The notes under the pieces are model-generated. The model searched no databases, had not been told where the DNA came from, and saw only the letters and a program-made list of their open reading frames with translations. Positions 35,561-49,521 of a stretch of DNA of 64,000 nt are shown here, piece after piece. Where the stretch lies: NCBI GenBank assembly GCA_964106915.2, contig OZ066919.1; one strand, given 5' to 3'. How positions within the stretch are numbered: position 1 is the stretch's first letter; each line of letters begins with the position of its first letter. The position numbers and the translations under genes were made by a program. This DNA is from Podarcis gaigeae. Lineage: Eukaryota.

Positions 35561-38044
35561 GCTAGACAATCCTATTCATACAGTCCTGTATTATGCTCAC
35601 CACTCATAAAAATCCCACCAAATGACAGACAGACACCGACAACATGTCTTGCAAAATCAGACACACTCCCCACCCTCAGAGTTTCCTTGGGCAGTTATCG
35701 GGGACCTTTCCCTCCAAAATGGCTACCACTAGAGATGCAATCCTGCCAACAGCTGTTTTTTTTCACATAAGGATTTCCCTGGGCTAGTGAAGCCATGCCT
35801 TCAGGTTTCAACGTCTTGTCCCGTAACTGGAGATGTGAGGTGTGGACTGTGAGTATACAGCGTGGGAGATGCTCAGTTTGCACATCATCCTTAAAAATAC
35901 TTCTGTGTTAGCACTTCACCTAGACCAGGGCTGAACCCAGCACTGAGAGGAATGAGCTGGAGTTGCACTGAAGACTGATTACCAGTTTTCCACCAGAAAG
36001 ACCAGGGCAAACCTAATGAATATATTTTAGAGATACAAAATTTTCTCCATCATGCCAAATTTGACTGGCAATTCTGTTTTGTTTTTAAATTCCCATAGCG
36101 TATTAACATAAGAAAACTGATTCTGTTGCAAATCACAGCCTTGAGTGGACTCCCTCTTACTATCTCTAAACTATGCCTTAATTCCCTTGGAATCTGTTTG
36201 GCTTAATTATATCCCAAGAGGCATTCATTTCTGCACTTCAGGTAGAATTTTGGGGGTATACAAAGCCTGGCTTAGAATAGCAGCAAAAATATCTGCAGGC
36301 TTTCTAAGTGACTTCCTTGTTGTGCAGCGTAATGTCCCTCTCCTGGGAATTAGTACACCACTCTGCAAGGGAGCATTTTTGTGCTATACAGTTTCTAAAG
36401 GTGTTAAGACATTTCAGAAATCCAGCATGCATCCGAGCAGGGAGGCAAAGAGGACTCAAAACTCACCAGTTGCTCAGGATCTGGGCCAATCCAGAATGAC
36501 AGACTCAGTTCCCTAAGCATGTCCCCTCTGTGAAATGGACTTGGACAGTTATTAATCTGGGCTTGGTTAAGAGATTTTGCTATGACTTGTTTTAAAGGTT
36601 CCCACATTGGCTGATGTACCTATCCAGACCTCAGTCTAAGCAAAATTATGAGAACTCCTCCCCAAGTATGACTCATCATTTGACAGCACTAATTCTGGTC
36701 CCTATAATCCACAGAAACCACTTTCACTTCAGAATATGCCTTGGTCCCACACTGCTCCCTTTACAATGCTCCTCTAATGTCAGAGAGAGGAGAAGAGGGG
36801 CATCTGCAAGGAGACAGAAAGCAAACTGGAATCTTCCATCCTGGATTTGCAGTTAGTCCTCCACTGTGGAAACCATGATATTAATAACCCTTACAAGGTT
36901 ACTGGTTTGATCCACACATGACTATGTTCAATTATACCCTTTAATTAACCCCCCTCATAATTCTACAGCCACATTTCCTGGTCTGCAATATTTCAGAGAA
37001 GAATCTTAGGGCCAAATAAATGGGAGAACATTTCAGGCATTAAGCAATTAAATGAATTTTTGGAAGTATGGATGTTAGGCACGAGAGCCTCAATCCTGAC
37101 TGAGACCCTGTTTGGAGGAGGAATTTAAACCCTTTGCCGTCACTGCAGTCCCAATCCAGACCAGGCCCCCATACCTGCTACACCAGCTATATTCACTTAA
37201 ATGAACATTCATACAATTGCTAACTGAATGGTACCATGGTTAAGTTGGCCCACAGGCAGTTATACTTCGGCAACAACATCGTTTTCTGTGCAAGCTCCAG
37301 TGAAATAAATGGCAACTGATCCAAAGCATATCCATGTTTTTGAGCAATCCCCATTCATCACAGGGGCCTCACACAGAAGATGCTCAGGTTTACTGTGCCA
37401 CAGGTTGAGTGGTTGTGTGATGCTATGGAGAACAGCTTAAAAAACATACCTAATGACCAGAAAGGACCCCAAATGGGATTTAAACTGGGGAATAATTTGT
37501 TAGAAAACAATTGTCACAATCCGTTATTTCCTCAATTTTCTTGTGCATTTAGATGCCTAATTGTACATGCCAGCTTGATTTAGCCATTATTCCCCAGTTT
37601 TGCTCTGGTGGGTGTTCCCGGGAGCACTCATACACATACACACACAAAAAACAGGCAGAGAGTGTAAGGGTCAGGGGTGAAGCAGGAGCCAATACTCTTA
37701 AGCTGAAAGGATCTCCATCCTTCACTGCTCCAAATCAACCAGCCAGGTGTTTGACTGTCTTGGCAATGGGGATGGATTGCCATTTCCGGCACAGAAGCTG
37801 TTCTACATGCAGTTCGAAATGCGTAAGGGAGCTCAGAGACTGGGAGTTGGGGGAGGGGGGCACGGTGAAGGTCTGCACTACGGAAAGATACGTCATTAGG
37901 TAGTGCTTGAAGCACAACTGTGTTTAAAATGGTAACACCAGGGGAATTGCCCGTATTTGTCTGTGACTATTGCGGGGGAAAGGGTTTGAGTATGGAGACT
38001 GCTAGCCCCAAGTGATCCAGTGCATCTCTTTTTGAACAAGAGTA

Positions 38045-38233
38045 CAATGGTACCTAGGTTTACGAACTTAATCCGTTCCTGAAGTCCGTTCTCAAACCAA
38101 ATCCGTTCTTAAACCGAGGCACACTTTCCCTAATGAGGCCTCCTGCCGCCAGTGCCCTTCCACCATTCAGCTTCCGTTCTTAGACCGAGGTAAAGTTCGC
38201 AAACCGAATAGTTTGTAAACCGAGATACCACTG
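38045..38233. mobile_element. Tc1/mariner MITE, 189 bp
   Basis: TA|CAATGGTACCTAGGTTTACGAACT ... AGTTTGTAAACCGAGATACCACTG|TA. Confidence 0.88.
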
Positions 38234-40726
38234 TATATGTAGGAGCAGTACTATTTTCCACTCCCTGATCTTCCATGGATCTCTTGTGTGATCACAGATA
38301 AGAACATGCTCTGGGCTACTTCCTGAACTCTACTATAGGTAATTCTGATTACAAAAAGTGGGAGAACACTGAACTTTTCACAGCATCGTTCCATGGATCT
38401 AGTGTAGAAAGAGGTAAGAAGTCACAATTAAATAGCTGAAAATGTTATTCTAAAAGCAACATTAAAAAGGCAGAGTGTGGGGCAAACAGCAGTAGTGTAT
38501 ACCTGCCTGCAAGGACATTGCCTCCTCTCTCACTAGAAGAAATGGCTAGAGCAATACTGCTTCTGGTATACAGCCATATATTCTCTAGGGGAAGGTCAGA
38601 CCTCTGCTCGCTGTAAAGGAGTCATGTCTTAGCACTTATCCTCACAATATTTATGGCAAGTTTATGCCTGGCTGTTAAAGTCAGCAGTAGTTACTGCTGA
38701 TAAAGGCAGGGCTCTGCTCCCTGGAACTTTCTGCCCTTGCTAAACTGCTCATCGCTGTCTCTTGGCTGTTCCTGCTGAGAACCTCACATGAACACTGGGG
38801 TTTCCTTTCCAGCAATGAGAAATTTCAATACTCGCTGCAGAAAAGCACCAGTCACCTCTGCAGGCACTGAAGTGCCTCTGGGTTCTATATTCCTATGCTT
38901 GGATTGCTACAAGCAAGGACCGGCTTTTTCTGTCTACACTTGCACCATGTGCTAGGGACTATAGCCTGGCCTCATAGGTACCTTCACAATCAAAGATTTT
39001 AAAATGAAATTATATTGATCACCCATTCATCTCCACTGAAGCCCCACTGGTCTCTTGTGGATATCCTGGGTTGCAAGAGGAACCTGGTTCTAAATATTAA
39101 CAGATATTTTTGCTTCATTGGTATCTTACACAAGAAGGCAAGAAGTGGCGAATCTTATCTTCCCAAATAGCTGCTTGCATCCTTACTGCCAGATAGAAAG
39201 GAGATGCACCCTTTGAGTAGGGTAGCTGGTCTTCCAGCTACTCCACTTGCCCATTATTTTTACCTTGTCAAGAAATTATCATATTCATTGACTTGAGAGC
39301 TACCCTTCCATCCCTTTCCATCCACTGCTCATGAGTGGGATTCAGCTGATAAGACCATTAATGGAATCCCTATGCAAGGGCTTTCATTTGTGCAACAGGG
39401 GCTTTCCCACCTGCGCCCCCCAAAATTGGCTCTTGGGCAGGGGGAGAACCCTCGGAACAGCCTGCTCAGGAAGGAAAGGGGATATTGTTCAGTCTGCAAG
39501 CCAAAATGCTTGCCCTGATGCAACAATCACCTTAGCACGGCACTGAATCCCTCCCCACGTCTCACCAGCAAGCCTTGAACAACCCCCTGGTCACTTCCTG
39601 GTTCAGCTGAAGCTACTGGGATTGGGACCCTAATTAGGAAGAGACATCAAAGTCAAAATGGGAGAATCTGTTAAGTAGCGCTACTTCTCCCTGAGAGTGA
39701 CACACCATGACAAGAAAAAGGAATGAAAGGGAAGGGTTGCAATTCCGGAGCTTCCAAGAGTCCTAATATAAAGTTTTCTGCTTTAAAGCCAGGCGAGATG
39801 GCCTAGTTATTGCGTTGAAAGGCTTCGGAATGAAACTGCAGAGCTACACTCAAAATCTTTCAAATAAGCCCAGCTTCATTTTGGCAGGTCCAGCAAGGCA
39901 GAGGCACTGATTGCACACAGAAGGCCAGCTCTCTTTATCTTGGAGGGAGACCTGCCTATTTTTAAACATTAGCTCCCAATCCTCAGTCCAGCCCTTTGTC
40001 TCTCTTGCCTTCGGAAGGACAGATCAAACGCCAGACCCTTGCCATTGTTTCTCTCCCAGCGAGAAGGATGCAGAGCTGTAATCTTCCCACAAAGCCACAC
40101 GCTTCAAAGGAATCAAAAGTGCTTATTAAAAGTCCTAGGAAACTAATTTAATAACATCCCAAAGGGCTGGAAAAATCAGCACCGGAGGCTCAAAATATAG
40201 CCAGGGGTGAGGAACTATTTTATCTAGCTACAGATGCACAACAGCCTCCTGTGCTCAAGAGGGAGTTTCTTCCATCTCCACAAGGGAATAATCTACATTT
40301 GTTTTGTGCCTTTAAATGATTTCTCTGGTACTCTGCCTACTGATCGTTCTTTGCCAGGACTACTTCTAAAAATCCACAGCTCTTCATCAGACTACATGGG
40401 CTCTAATGAACTGATCAACATTATCAGTAGCCTCAAAAAACTTTTATTATGAAAAGCAACCAATAATGTTATGTATCTCTCTGGGTCCCCACCAAAGACA
40501 AGGACCACACATTCAACAATAGCCCAGAATTTACAAGAAAGCCATACTAGGAGGTAACGCCGTGTATGTGTGTGTGTGTTTTTGCAAATGTGGGGAGACA
40601 ATAGATTAATAAATCAAAGCATAGGATAATTTATTCATTAAACTATTACTTTAAGGATTAGCTATGGGCACTGCTTTTAGAAATAAAGTTGATGCTTAAA
40701 TTTACCTGGTTTTGCATATGCCTATA

Positions 40727-40942
40727 CAGTCGTACTTTGATTTTTGAACCGTTTAGTTCTTGAATGTTTTGGCTCCCAAATGCCACAAATCCAGAAGTGA
40801 CTGTTCCGGTTTGCAAACTATTTTGGGAAGCCAAACATCCAACGGGGTTTCCGATTGGCTGCAGGAAACCTTGGTTTCCGAATGTTTTGGAAGTCAAACA
40901 GACTTCCAGAATGGATTCTGTTCAACTTCCAAGGTACGACTG
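40727..40942. mobile_element. Tc1/mariner MITE, 216 bp
   Basis: TA|CAGTCGTACTTTG ... CAAGGTACGACTG|TA. Confidence 0.88.
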
Positions 40943-40959
40943 TATTGAATGGCTTAGCA

Positions 40960-41095
40960 CAGGCATAGGCAAACTCGGCCCTCCAGTTGTTTTGGGACTA
41001 CAGTTCCCATCATCCCTGACCACTGGCCCTGTTAGCTAGGGATCATAGGAGTTGTAGTCCCATAACATCTGGAGGGCTGAGTTTGCCTATGTCTG
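40960..41095. mobile_element. hAT MITE, 136 bp (relative of 3273-3408, opposite orientation)
   Basis: TIRs CAGGCATAGGCAAACTC / GAGTTTGCCTATGTCTG. Perfect TSD GCTTAGCA. Confidence 0.92.
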
Positions 41096-41187
41096 GCTTA
41101 GCATATATTATAACCCCCAGAGTTTGTTGGACTAGAATTCCTTCAGCTACAGCCAGAAGACCAATAGGGATGACAGAAGCTGGAGAA

Positions 41188-41263
41188 GGAACCATCTAGT
41201 TCAAGTGGTAGAGCACCTGCTTTCCATGTAGAAAGTCTTGGATTCAATCCCCAGCATCGCCAG
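41188..41263 (+). mobile_element. tRNA-derived SINE head
   Basis: A-box-like tagttcaagtggtagagc and B-box-like ggattcaatcccc, then agcatc.ccagg. Confidence 0.6.
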
Positions 41264-42181
41264 GAAAATGCACAACCCCATATTCTTAAACTCCAACTAC
41301 CTTAAGCAAAAGCTTGTGCATAAAGTTGCCAATCCCCACAAACGAATAACTCCCAGAAAATAAATAAGATAGAATCAGACAGAATAAAGATTTGGAATAA
41401 TTGTCTGCATCAGTGGAGCTACAACATTCTTGTAGGAAATAAAAAATGTTGGATTGTGATGATGTCCTAACAAGATTATCTCATGCCCAAAGTTGGCCTC
41501 AGGTTCTAGCAGCCCTCAAATGTCAAAAGATGACTGATCAAGAAAGTTATTAAGATTAATATACAGAAAAAGTATTGTTTCTTCCAACTTCACATTTACA
41601 TGAGGTTAATACGGTGAAGTTGACCCAGGAAAAGAAAGCTGCATCTTAGAATCTTGCTGAGTGTCAGCATAATAACTGCTTCAGACTGAATCTAAAGAAT
41701 CTAAAGAAAAAACAAGCCTGCTGCTGTTGAAAGTCTTCTTCTTTTCACCATATGCAGAGTTATAGCTGTGGTAACAATTGCATTCGTATAACTATTTGGA
41801 ACATTTGCAGAACTTCACATACAGTACACTGCTTTCTTGTAGTTCTTACAACAGTCCTTTTAGGTAGGCCAGACTTCTTTTTGCTTCAGTAGGCATTTCA
41901 AGAAAGTTTTACTGATTAATTTTCTCTATTGTATCTTTCTTCTAACCTATGATATTAAGGGGATATAAATTGTTGAAATAAATATTATTATCAGCATAGC
42001 ACAGACTGGGGGAAGAGGGATGGAGCTGAAAGTTGGTTGCTTAAGTGAGTTTGTAACACTGCCAAAACACAAAGAGAGAACTTTGCAAGTCACAGCTCAG
42101 TCTCTTAGTCACTATGCTACACCAGCTGATTGATTTATCAACATAAGGGGGCATGCAACAAAATGTTGCAGCATCTTAGAG

Positions 42182-42386
42182 CAGAGCTTTCCAAATTTTT
42201 CATGTTGGTGACACCCTTTTTAGACATGCATCATTTCGTGACATAGTAATTCAGTTTTACTAGCAAACTGGAGGTTAAACTAACCCCTTTTCAACCCTGG
42301 GAGGAGCCCAGGAACGTTTGTGCGGCACACCTACACACTGCAGCCGACACACTAACGTATCACAACACACAGTTTGGAAAGCTTTG
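42182..42386. mobile_element. hAT MITE, 205 bp
   Basis: TIRs CAGAGCTTTCCAAA / TTTGGAAAGCTTTG. TSD TCTTAGAG/CCTTAGAG. Confidence 0.88.
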
Positions 42387-42974
42387 CCTTAGAGGAATGC
42401 TTCTGTTGAAGGCTCTAGAGAGTCTGGACTGAGAGACATGCAGACCTGCCCAGGCCTCTCAGGAAGCCGGGATAGTTTCAGGAAAGGTACCCTGGCAAGA
42501 CCTTCCCCTCTGGTGTTACAGCAACAGAGAGCTGCTAGCCTCAAACCTCAGTATTTTATAACTATTTAGCAGGGAACACACAGTTCTGGAGATGGGAAAA
42601 ACATCTCATCTCATCCAACACTACCCCCCACCCCAGTACTTACTATAACTTGTCTGGGGCTTGAGCAGGTCCATTCCTTCTCTTCTTCTGCCTTCCCATA
42701 AATGCTTTGTTCTCAAATGGCATATGATGATTCCATGTCTCAAACAGTTCTTAGGCACAAACTTAATTCATAGACTCACACAGTTTGCCTGACCTCAAGT
42801 TTCTTTAGGTCATGTCAAAGTGGGTTTTTAAAAGTCATTTAATATAATTCACAAACCTGTGTACTTCTGTGTACCAGGGGTGTCCCCTGAGTATGCAGAA
42901 GCCACTACCTTATTTTTGAGTGGTTTTGTTTCAATTCCACACCAAGAGGGACTCAGCTACCTGAGCTCATTATT

Positions 42975-43117
42975 GGGAGCCTGGATAGCTCAGCTGGTTA
43001 GAGTGTGATGCTGATAACAGCAAGGTCACAGGTTTGATCCCTGTATGCATATTCCTGCATTGCAGGGAGCTGGATTAGATGACCCCCAGGGTCCGCTCCA
43101 ACTCTATGATTCTATGA
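42975..43117 (+). mobile_element. tRNA-head SINE with CR1-derived 3' tail
   Basis: A box tagctcagctggttagag, B-box-like ggtttgatccc, tail ggattagatgacc..ggtcc..ccaactctatgattctatga. Confidence 0.85.
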
Positions 43118-43875
43118 GCAAGTGGAATCTGTAGCAAAATGTATCAGGGTATCCTTGCTTCTCTTCCTGTTCTGGTGTCTGTGAGAACGGAGTTTTGAAG
43201 TGCTGTTTAGGTCTCATTCAGGAGTATCAGGAAGGATGAAGACCCTGAAGCCTTCTCCTGCCACACTATAACATAAAGCTAGAAGGCTTAGGTTTGGGCC
43301 TAACTGCTAGGCCTGAACTCGCCAAGCACAGGGGTGGGATTTTTTAGATGTGACAGCATGCGTCCCTCAACCCAAATCTTCCCTGCATAATGATAAAGTT
43401 GCAGCTTTACACTTGAAGAGACCACTGAATTTTTGAAGCATTCTCCTTCCCTATATAAAGTTTATACTCTTGTCTCTCAACTGCCTTCAACATTCCATAC
43501 ATCCTGGAAGATCATAGATCCTTGTCAGAGTGTTCTGACCCCTCCCCCCCTTTAATTAACAAGAATATACTATACCTAGGAAGTCCCTTGAGTATGGAGA
43601 AACCACTAACTTATTTTTGGGTGGACCCACTTACAGAACCCTCATCCACCCAAGTTCACTACTAGAAGGAATGGTGATACTCATAGGAATGGGATAAGGA
43701 CTTTATCAGAATGCATGTCTTTCTGAGACTGCACACACAAAACAGAAATGCAGAAACTAAAAGAAATGTGAGAAAAATGTGAGGTTTCACTGTTGGACCC
43801 AAGGCATCAAACTAGGCAGAGCATGAAGCTGCCTCTATCACAATAATCCTGGCATGTGGAAGTCCAAGTGGAGTA

Positions 43876-44116
43876 CACTCGTACCTTGGTTTAAGAACAG
43901 CTTAGTTTATGAACAACTTGGATTAAGAACGCTGCAAACCTGGAAGTAGGGGTTTTGGTTTGTGAACTTTGCTTTGGAAGCAGAACATGTTCCGCTTCCT
44001 GTTGAGTGTGTTCCATGTCCTCTGTTGCTATGGGAAAGCATGCCTTGGTTTAAGAACGCTTTGGTTTAAGAATGGACTTCCGGAACGGATTAAGTTCGTA
44101 AACCAAGGTACCACTG
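43876..44116. mobile_element. Tc1/mariner MITE, 241 bp
   Basis: TA|CACTCGTACCTTGGTTTAAGAAC ... GTTCGTAAACCAAGGTACCACTG|TA. Confidence 0.88.
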
Positions 44117-44589
44117 TATGCAGTTTCATTCCTATGAAAACTGCATTATTTTGTTGTTTAATTATCAGTTTATTCAACTACACATGGAGATTCTGAGGGC
44201 GGGGGGGGGGAGCACCATGGTTCCATAAGCACTAGAACAGAGCCACTCTGTCTTCAGAACTATTCAGTACCATTTAGCCAATGGGTGTTCTTATTCTATT
44301 AGACATCTTCTCTGAAGTACCAAGTTCAAGCCTACCTAGCCTGTGAAGTACCAGAGAACACTTAGGTCCCAAAGAACCTTCTCTGGAAGTTCGGGGGAAG
44401 GAATTCGCTTTGTGGGCATGCTACAGCTCCTGCAAGCTAGCTAATATATGGCTTTTGCAAAACTCTGCTCAGAACGGTGAGAGCAGGGAAGCCGTCACCA
44501 GCTGCCCCTGTTTAAGGGGGTCCGATCGGGGAAGAGGCCATTTGGGACTGCTACCTTTGAGAAGGGAAGAGAATAGAAGTGTCGACCCC

Positions 44590-44860
44590 CATTAGCAGGC
44601 TGCTTCACTCCGGATCATTAAATATGTATATCTTATTACACGCCTTGTTAGAGGATCGAGCTCTATTGACTGATAATAAATTCCAAGCCTCATCCCAGCC
44701 ATAAATTTATCTGGAGACGATGAAGACTCAATAATCTAGTCATGCAGATAATATGATAGGGCCTTAAAAAGATCATTACACTGGATGTCAAAATTAAAAG
44801 TGAAATACACTTTATTAACACTGTTTCCACACTCAGGCCCATTACTCGTTCTAGGCCCTA
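44590..44860. promoter_or_regulatory. Putative conserved enhancer (ERI3 intron)
   Basis: ATTA/TAAT-dense, CCATAAA (posterior HOX/CDX), CpG retention. Confidence 0.5.
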
Positions 44861-46225
44861 TTCCCGCCCATCCAAACCTACTGACTGATGATTTGGGGCC
44901 AGGCAAAACAAGCCCCCGGCCTCCTGGAACTATGTGAGTGTGCAGCTAGCGCAGTGCTTGATTTCTAAAAAGACAGAAGCCAGGGTTGATGGAAATGATA
45001 GTTCTGCTCTGAAAGACTTTACTCCCTGATTCAGATACACTGGGGTGGGGTTAGCTGTGTTTTTTCAGTAGAAACACAAAGATGTTCTGAGCTTGCTCTG
45101 TTTATATAAGGTGCATGTTCCAGGACTGAGCCCTGGCTTTGAAAGCATGGTCCACAGCTGATATTGGCACATCCTGGCTCAAATTGAGCCTGACTATACC
45201 ACCCTCACCATCTAGATGGGAACAAGCTGCAGAGCTGGCAAGTCCCATTGAGTGCTATGAGAATCCCAATAGAAAGCACAGCATAAGCCACATTGTTTAA
45301 GCTCCACCACCCGAGAACACATCAGCAACAGCGCAAAGTCACAGGTCTGTGAGCTGCAGGCAGCCCTTGCCAAGGCCACAAACAGAGCAGTATGGTGGGC
45401 TCAGAGGCTTCAGGCCACCCAATGCCTTCTACTCCCCAGCTAGCTACCCCTCCAGACATGATTTCTCGCTTCTAATCAGAAGGTCACAACCATTTAAACC
45501 CCTTTGATTAGGGCTGGCGGCTCCTGCTCTTCTTGTATTGGCCCCACTGGCCTCTTTGTGCTCCTGCCTCCGGATCAATTGTATGTATCAAGTTTAAAGT
45601 GGTTCCACCAAGGGCTCACGCACTTCAATTCCACTATACACCCCCCTTTCCCACCTTCCTCTCCAGACAAACAAGGTGGAGGGCACGCGAATCGATAAGG
45701 CAGCACAGATCAGCTGCCAGGAAACCAATCGCAGATCAGATTGAAACTGACTTCTGCTTGTATCTTACCAGCTCTCTCTACAATAGATTGGCTTGCAAAA
45801 TCCGATGGAAAAGGAAGACAAAAGGGAGGGGGGGATCCGATAATACTCCTTGCCATGGCTGCTCTAATCTGTGACAGCCTGAGGATTTGCTGAAAACCAT
45901 TATCACATCACAGGCTCCCTCCTCTCCTCCTCCGATAAAACCCTGGCTAATCTGTTTGTTGCAAGGACTGAACAAATGCATTTAGCGAAACAAGGAATGG
46001 GGATTCCCCACACCCACCTCAGGAAATGTGGGAAATGTGAGCAGGTCCTGGTCAGGTTGAGAAGCCTGTTGCAGGAAGAGACCCTAAGCAAAGACTGGTG
46101 GGAGGGAAGCAGAGCAGGTGTATTCTGCTTACCTCTACAAGGCAGTTTGGTTTGCCGGTAAATATAGGTGTTAACTGCTGTGAGATTTCTAAAAGTTTTG
46201 TCTGGTTCAGGGACACTAGTCACCT

Positions 46226-46328
46226 AGGGAAGCTTTTAATGTTTGATGGATTACTGTGTTTTAATGTTTTGTTGGAGGCTGCCCAGAGTGGCTGGGGAAG
46301 CCCAGCCAGATGGGTGGGGTAAAATAAA

Positions 46329-46370
<42 letters not shown>
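46226..46370 (+). mobile_element. LINE 3' end (L2-like) with microsatellite tail
   Basis: gctgcccagagtggctggggaa..ccagatgggtggggta followed by a short-repeat tail. The clade assignment is tentative. Confidence 0.65.
46329..46368 (+). repeat. (TAAG)10 microsatellite
   Basis: Direct count. Confidence 0.97.
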
Positions 46371-46372
<2 letters not shown>

Positions 46373-49007
46373 TTGACTGTAATTCCTTGGTTTTGAGAAT
46401 AATCCTTGATGATTTGCAGTGCTTGCATCACAGCACCCTGGGTTCTTCTTGAGCTCAGATTTTGACCCGAGCCTGGGAAGAATTCCAACCACCCGGCTCC
46501 TATTAAGGCTGAGCAGGAAATTTCTTTCCCCTCTCCAGTGCCTGGATTGCTGTTTACAACAATGCCAGGATCCTTAGAATATGCAGTTTTCTCAGGGTAG
46601 ACAGACACCTTGGAAAAATCTGCCTCAACAGCTGCTGTATCCCATTATCCCAGGCATGGCAGATTGGGGAAAGGAAAATACAACTCTCCCTCATACTGCC
46701 AAAGAGGTGGGGGAAGAGACATGCCACTACAGCAGTAACTATTGCCATGTAAAGAACCTGAGTGGTTGCCTCAGAATGACCACTGAAAAATAGGAGGATT
46801 AGTATACTTTATCTTCTTTTAGTTCCCTTAGTTAAACCTCTGGCTACCTGATTTGTATGTATAGTTTGACATGGCAGAAAGGGGTAGGGGTGTGTGTGTA
46901 TTACACATGTTTGTTGAATGCCCTTTAGACAATGTTGCCAGTCCTTGAGTTCTATGCACACTGGGAACCAGACACCTAACTTATTTACTCATGTAAGTTG
47001 CAGGGCACTGGCTCAAACCATCCCTGGGACCTCAATGCCAGTTTGGTATGGTGCTTCTTCCTCCCTCCTGCTGCCAGTTGGCTGCTACAGGCTCTTATTA
47101 CCTGTACACAGAAAATGCGACAGGAACAAAGGGACTCTGGGATCTGCCGATATTGAAAGGGCATGTCATGCAACAGAAGCATTCAGGTCTCTTGCACTAT
47201 GCCTACAGGTCCATGTTTCTTCTACAAGTGTGTGCTGTGTGTGTATGCATGTTGTGGAGGAGATGCCTGGCCTATAAACTAATAATTCGGAATCCTGCCT
47301 GCTCTGTTCTAACACTGCTTTGCCAGAGGCAATCTCACACAATCTCACAAGATTTAAGGTTCCTTCACTTGTTATCTGCAAAAAGCAGGCTCCATGCATT
47401 GAAGACACAGTAGGCTCTGCTGCTGTCCTTGTCCTGAACATCACACTGCTCCCCAGCTCCCACACCCCAGCCAAGCAATAGGTACATACTGTAAAAAGGC
47501 TTCCACAAGAACAGGATTCCAGACTGTATACAAGTCATGCATGGATTCTCTGGTGCATATGTCCACATTCAATGTGTGGACACCAGGGAGTAGGACTGCA
47601 GAGCCATGTGATATTGGAAGACAGGGTCAACAAAAGGCCTCTTCAACAAGTGGAGTCGCCTTCATGCAGGTTAATGCATCAAGGAAGTTCTAGACATCAC
47701 ATATAGGTAAAACAGATAGACAGAAGTAAGTTTGCATAGACATTCTCAAACACCATTAAGCCTCAGGTTTTTTCCTCATGGTGATAAGCTTATAGGGCGG
47801 GCTTCTTGGCCATCCCTCATGCTCAAGCTCTTCTCACATAAACAAAAACAAACACACACTTACTTTGCTCAGTGTAGAGGACAAGGCTTCCACAGGTAGG
47901 TTTGAACTGAAATGACCTTTTTGATCATACAGATATACTGAACTATTTTCTTTCAACAGAGAGGATTCATATTAGGCTAGCAGTCCCATATATGTTGCCC
48001 CTGTATTTATCATACAAATGTTTCTGTGCTGTAGCCACATAGGAGGAATGATTCCTAAGTTATTTGCAAAACGTCAGCATAGGGGCTGGTTTGGAAAGGG
48101 CAGACCAGGGATCGCATACTTTTCCTGATATCCTCCAATGTGAATGTGTGGTGTACAAGGAAGGCCATATCTAAGCTCCACAAAGCTACGCCCTCTGGTG
48201 TCTCTTCATGTCTGATTCTGTGGCTACGAAACAAGAGAAAGGGAACAGGAGCGTGCAGAGCTATCTTTCTCTCCATGATCTCATGCCTTCAGGCAATCAG
48301 TTAACCCAAGCGCCATCTCCCCCTCCCTCCTCCATGTAAAATAATGCTCAACAAAGCTGGGTGGGCGCAGGGCGGCATTGCAGCAGTATGTCAAACAGAA
48401 GGACATTTTCCTTCTATCTCAGCTGCTGCCCCAGGGTACATTCCACCTACATTCAATCTTTACTCCACTACACATGTTTCCTCTCCAGCCTGGGATTATT
48501 TTTTATCATCAAATTACTGTAGCGATAAGATAGACTCGATGTGATAGCCAGCAGAGGCCCCCGACCTCATTGCCTTCCCTCAGCCCGGCATCACCCACCA
48601 TGCCTGCACCGCAAACAGGCAGAGTGCTTTATTCAAATGTCATCAGGGGGTGAAGATACGCCCGTCGGCTGCCTTATTCACTGGCTGAGACCAAACAGCA
48701 TATGACAGCAAACGCCTGGGAAAAGGAGGCGGCTGTTAGCAAGTTAGCTAGGTTTTGCCAAGGCCTTTGTGGGGCAGCAGGGAACTTTCACACACTCACA
48801 CTTTTAGCACAAATGTAGCTGGAGCTGCAAAAATGATACAGGCAGAGGTGCAGGGCAACAGGAGGGACGAGCAGTTACTGTTTAAGGGCAATATTCAGTA
48901 AAGGCTAGATACCAACAGCCAGTTTGTTCCACCCCACTGTGCATTTCTATACTAACAATGCTAGCAACAGGGGACACTTGTGGCCTGGTCTTCTGCTAAT
49001 AGCAGCC

Positions 49008-49215
49008 ATCGCAGCATGGTGGCTAAGAGAGAGAGTCACAAATCAGGATACCCTTGGTTCAAATCTTGCCTCTGCCATGGTCTCACCAGATGGCCTCTGG
49101 CTAGCCACTCTCTCTTAGCGTCAGACCCCCCAACAATCTACAAAATGATAATACTGACAGACATTATACTGGGGCCGTTGTAAGGATTACTATTGGACAA
49201 TACACGTGAAGTGCT
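49008..49215 (+). mobile_element. MIR/CORE-like SINE remnant
   Basis: gcagcatggtggctaagag..cttggttcaaatcttgcctctgcca..gttgtaaggattac. Confidence 0.55.
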
Positions 49216-49521
49216 TTGACAACACGCTTGCTAAAGGCCGAACTAGATAGACATGAGGTTGATGGCATGATTGAAATTAACATGTATTGTCTTAAAAAAT
49301 AAAATAGTTGCCAATTGAGAGACCTGAGGGAGGGGGGCTGGTTACTCCCCCTTCCCCATACATTGGTCCTGATGAAACTCCTCCTCGCCCCCACAAGCCG
49401 CTATTTACTCCAGGAGGGAAGTTTCATTTGCTTGAAGCTTCCTTTTCAAGGCAAACAGCAGCTTAAAAAGCAAGGGGAGGATTTCAGTGAGATCAGAGTA
49501 GGGGGAAGGGTTAATCCTGAC

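Noticed and set aside
42975-43050. tRNA gene
   Set aside because: The cloverleaf and B box are degenerate and the sequence runs directly into a CR1-type tail, so it is a SINE head.
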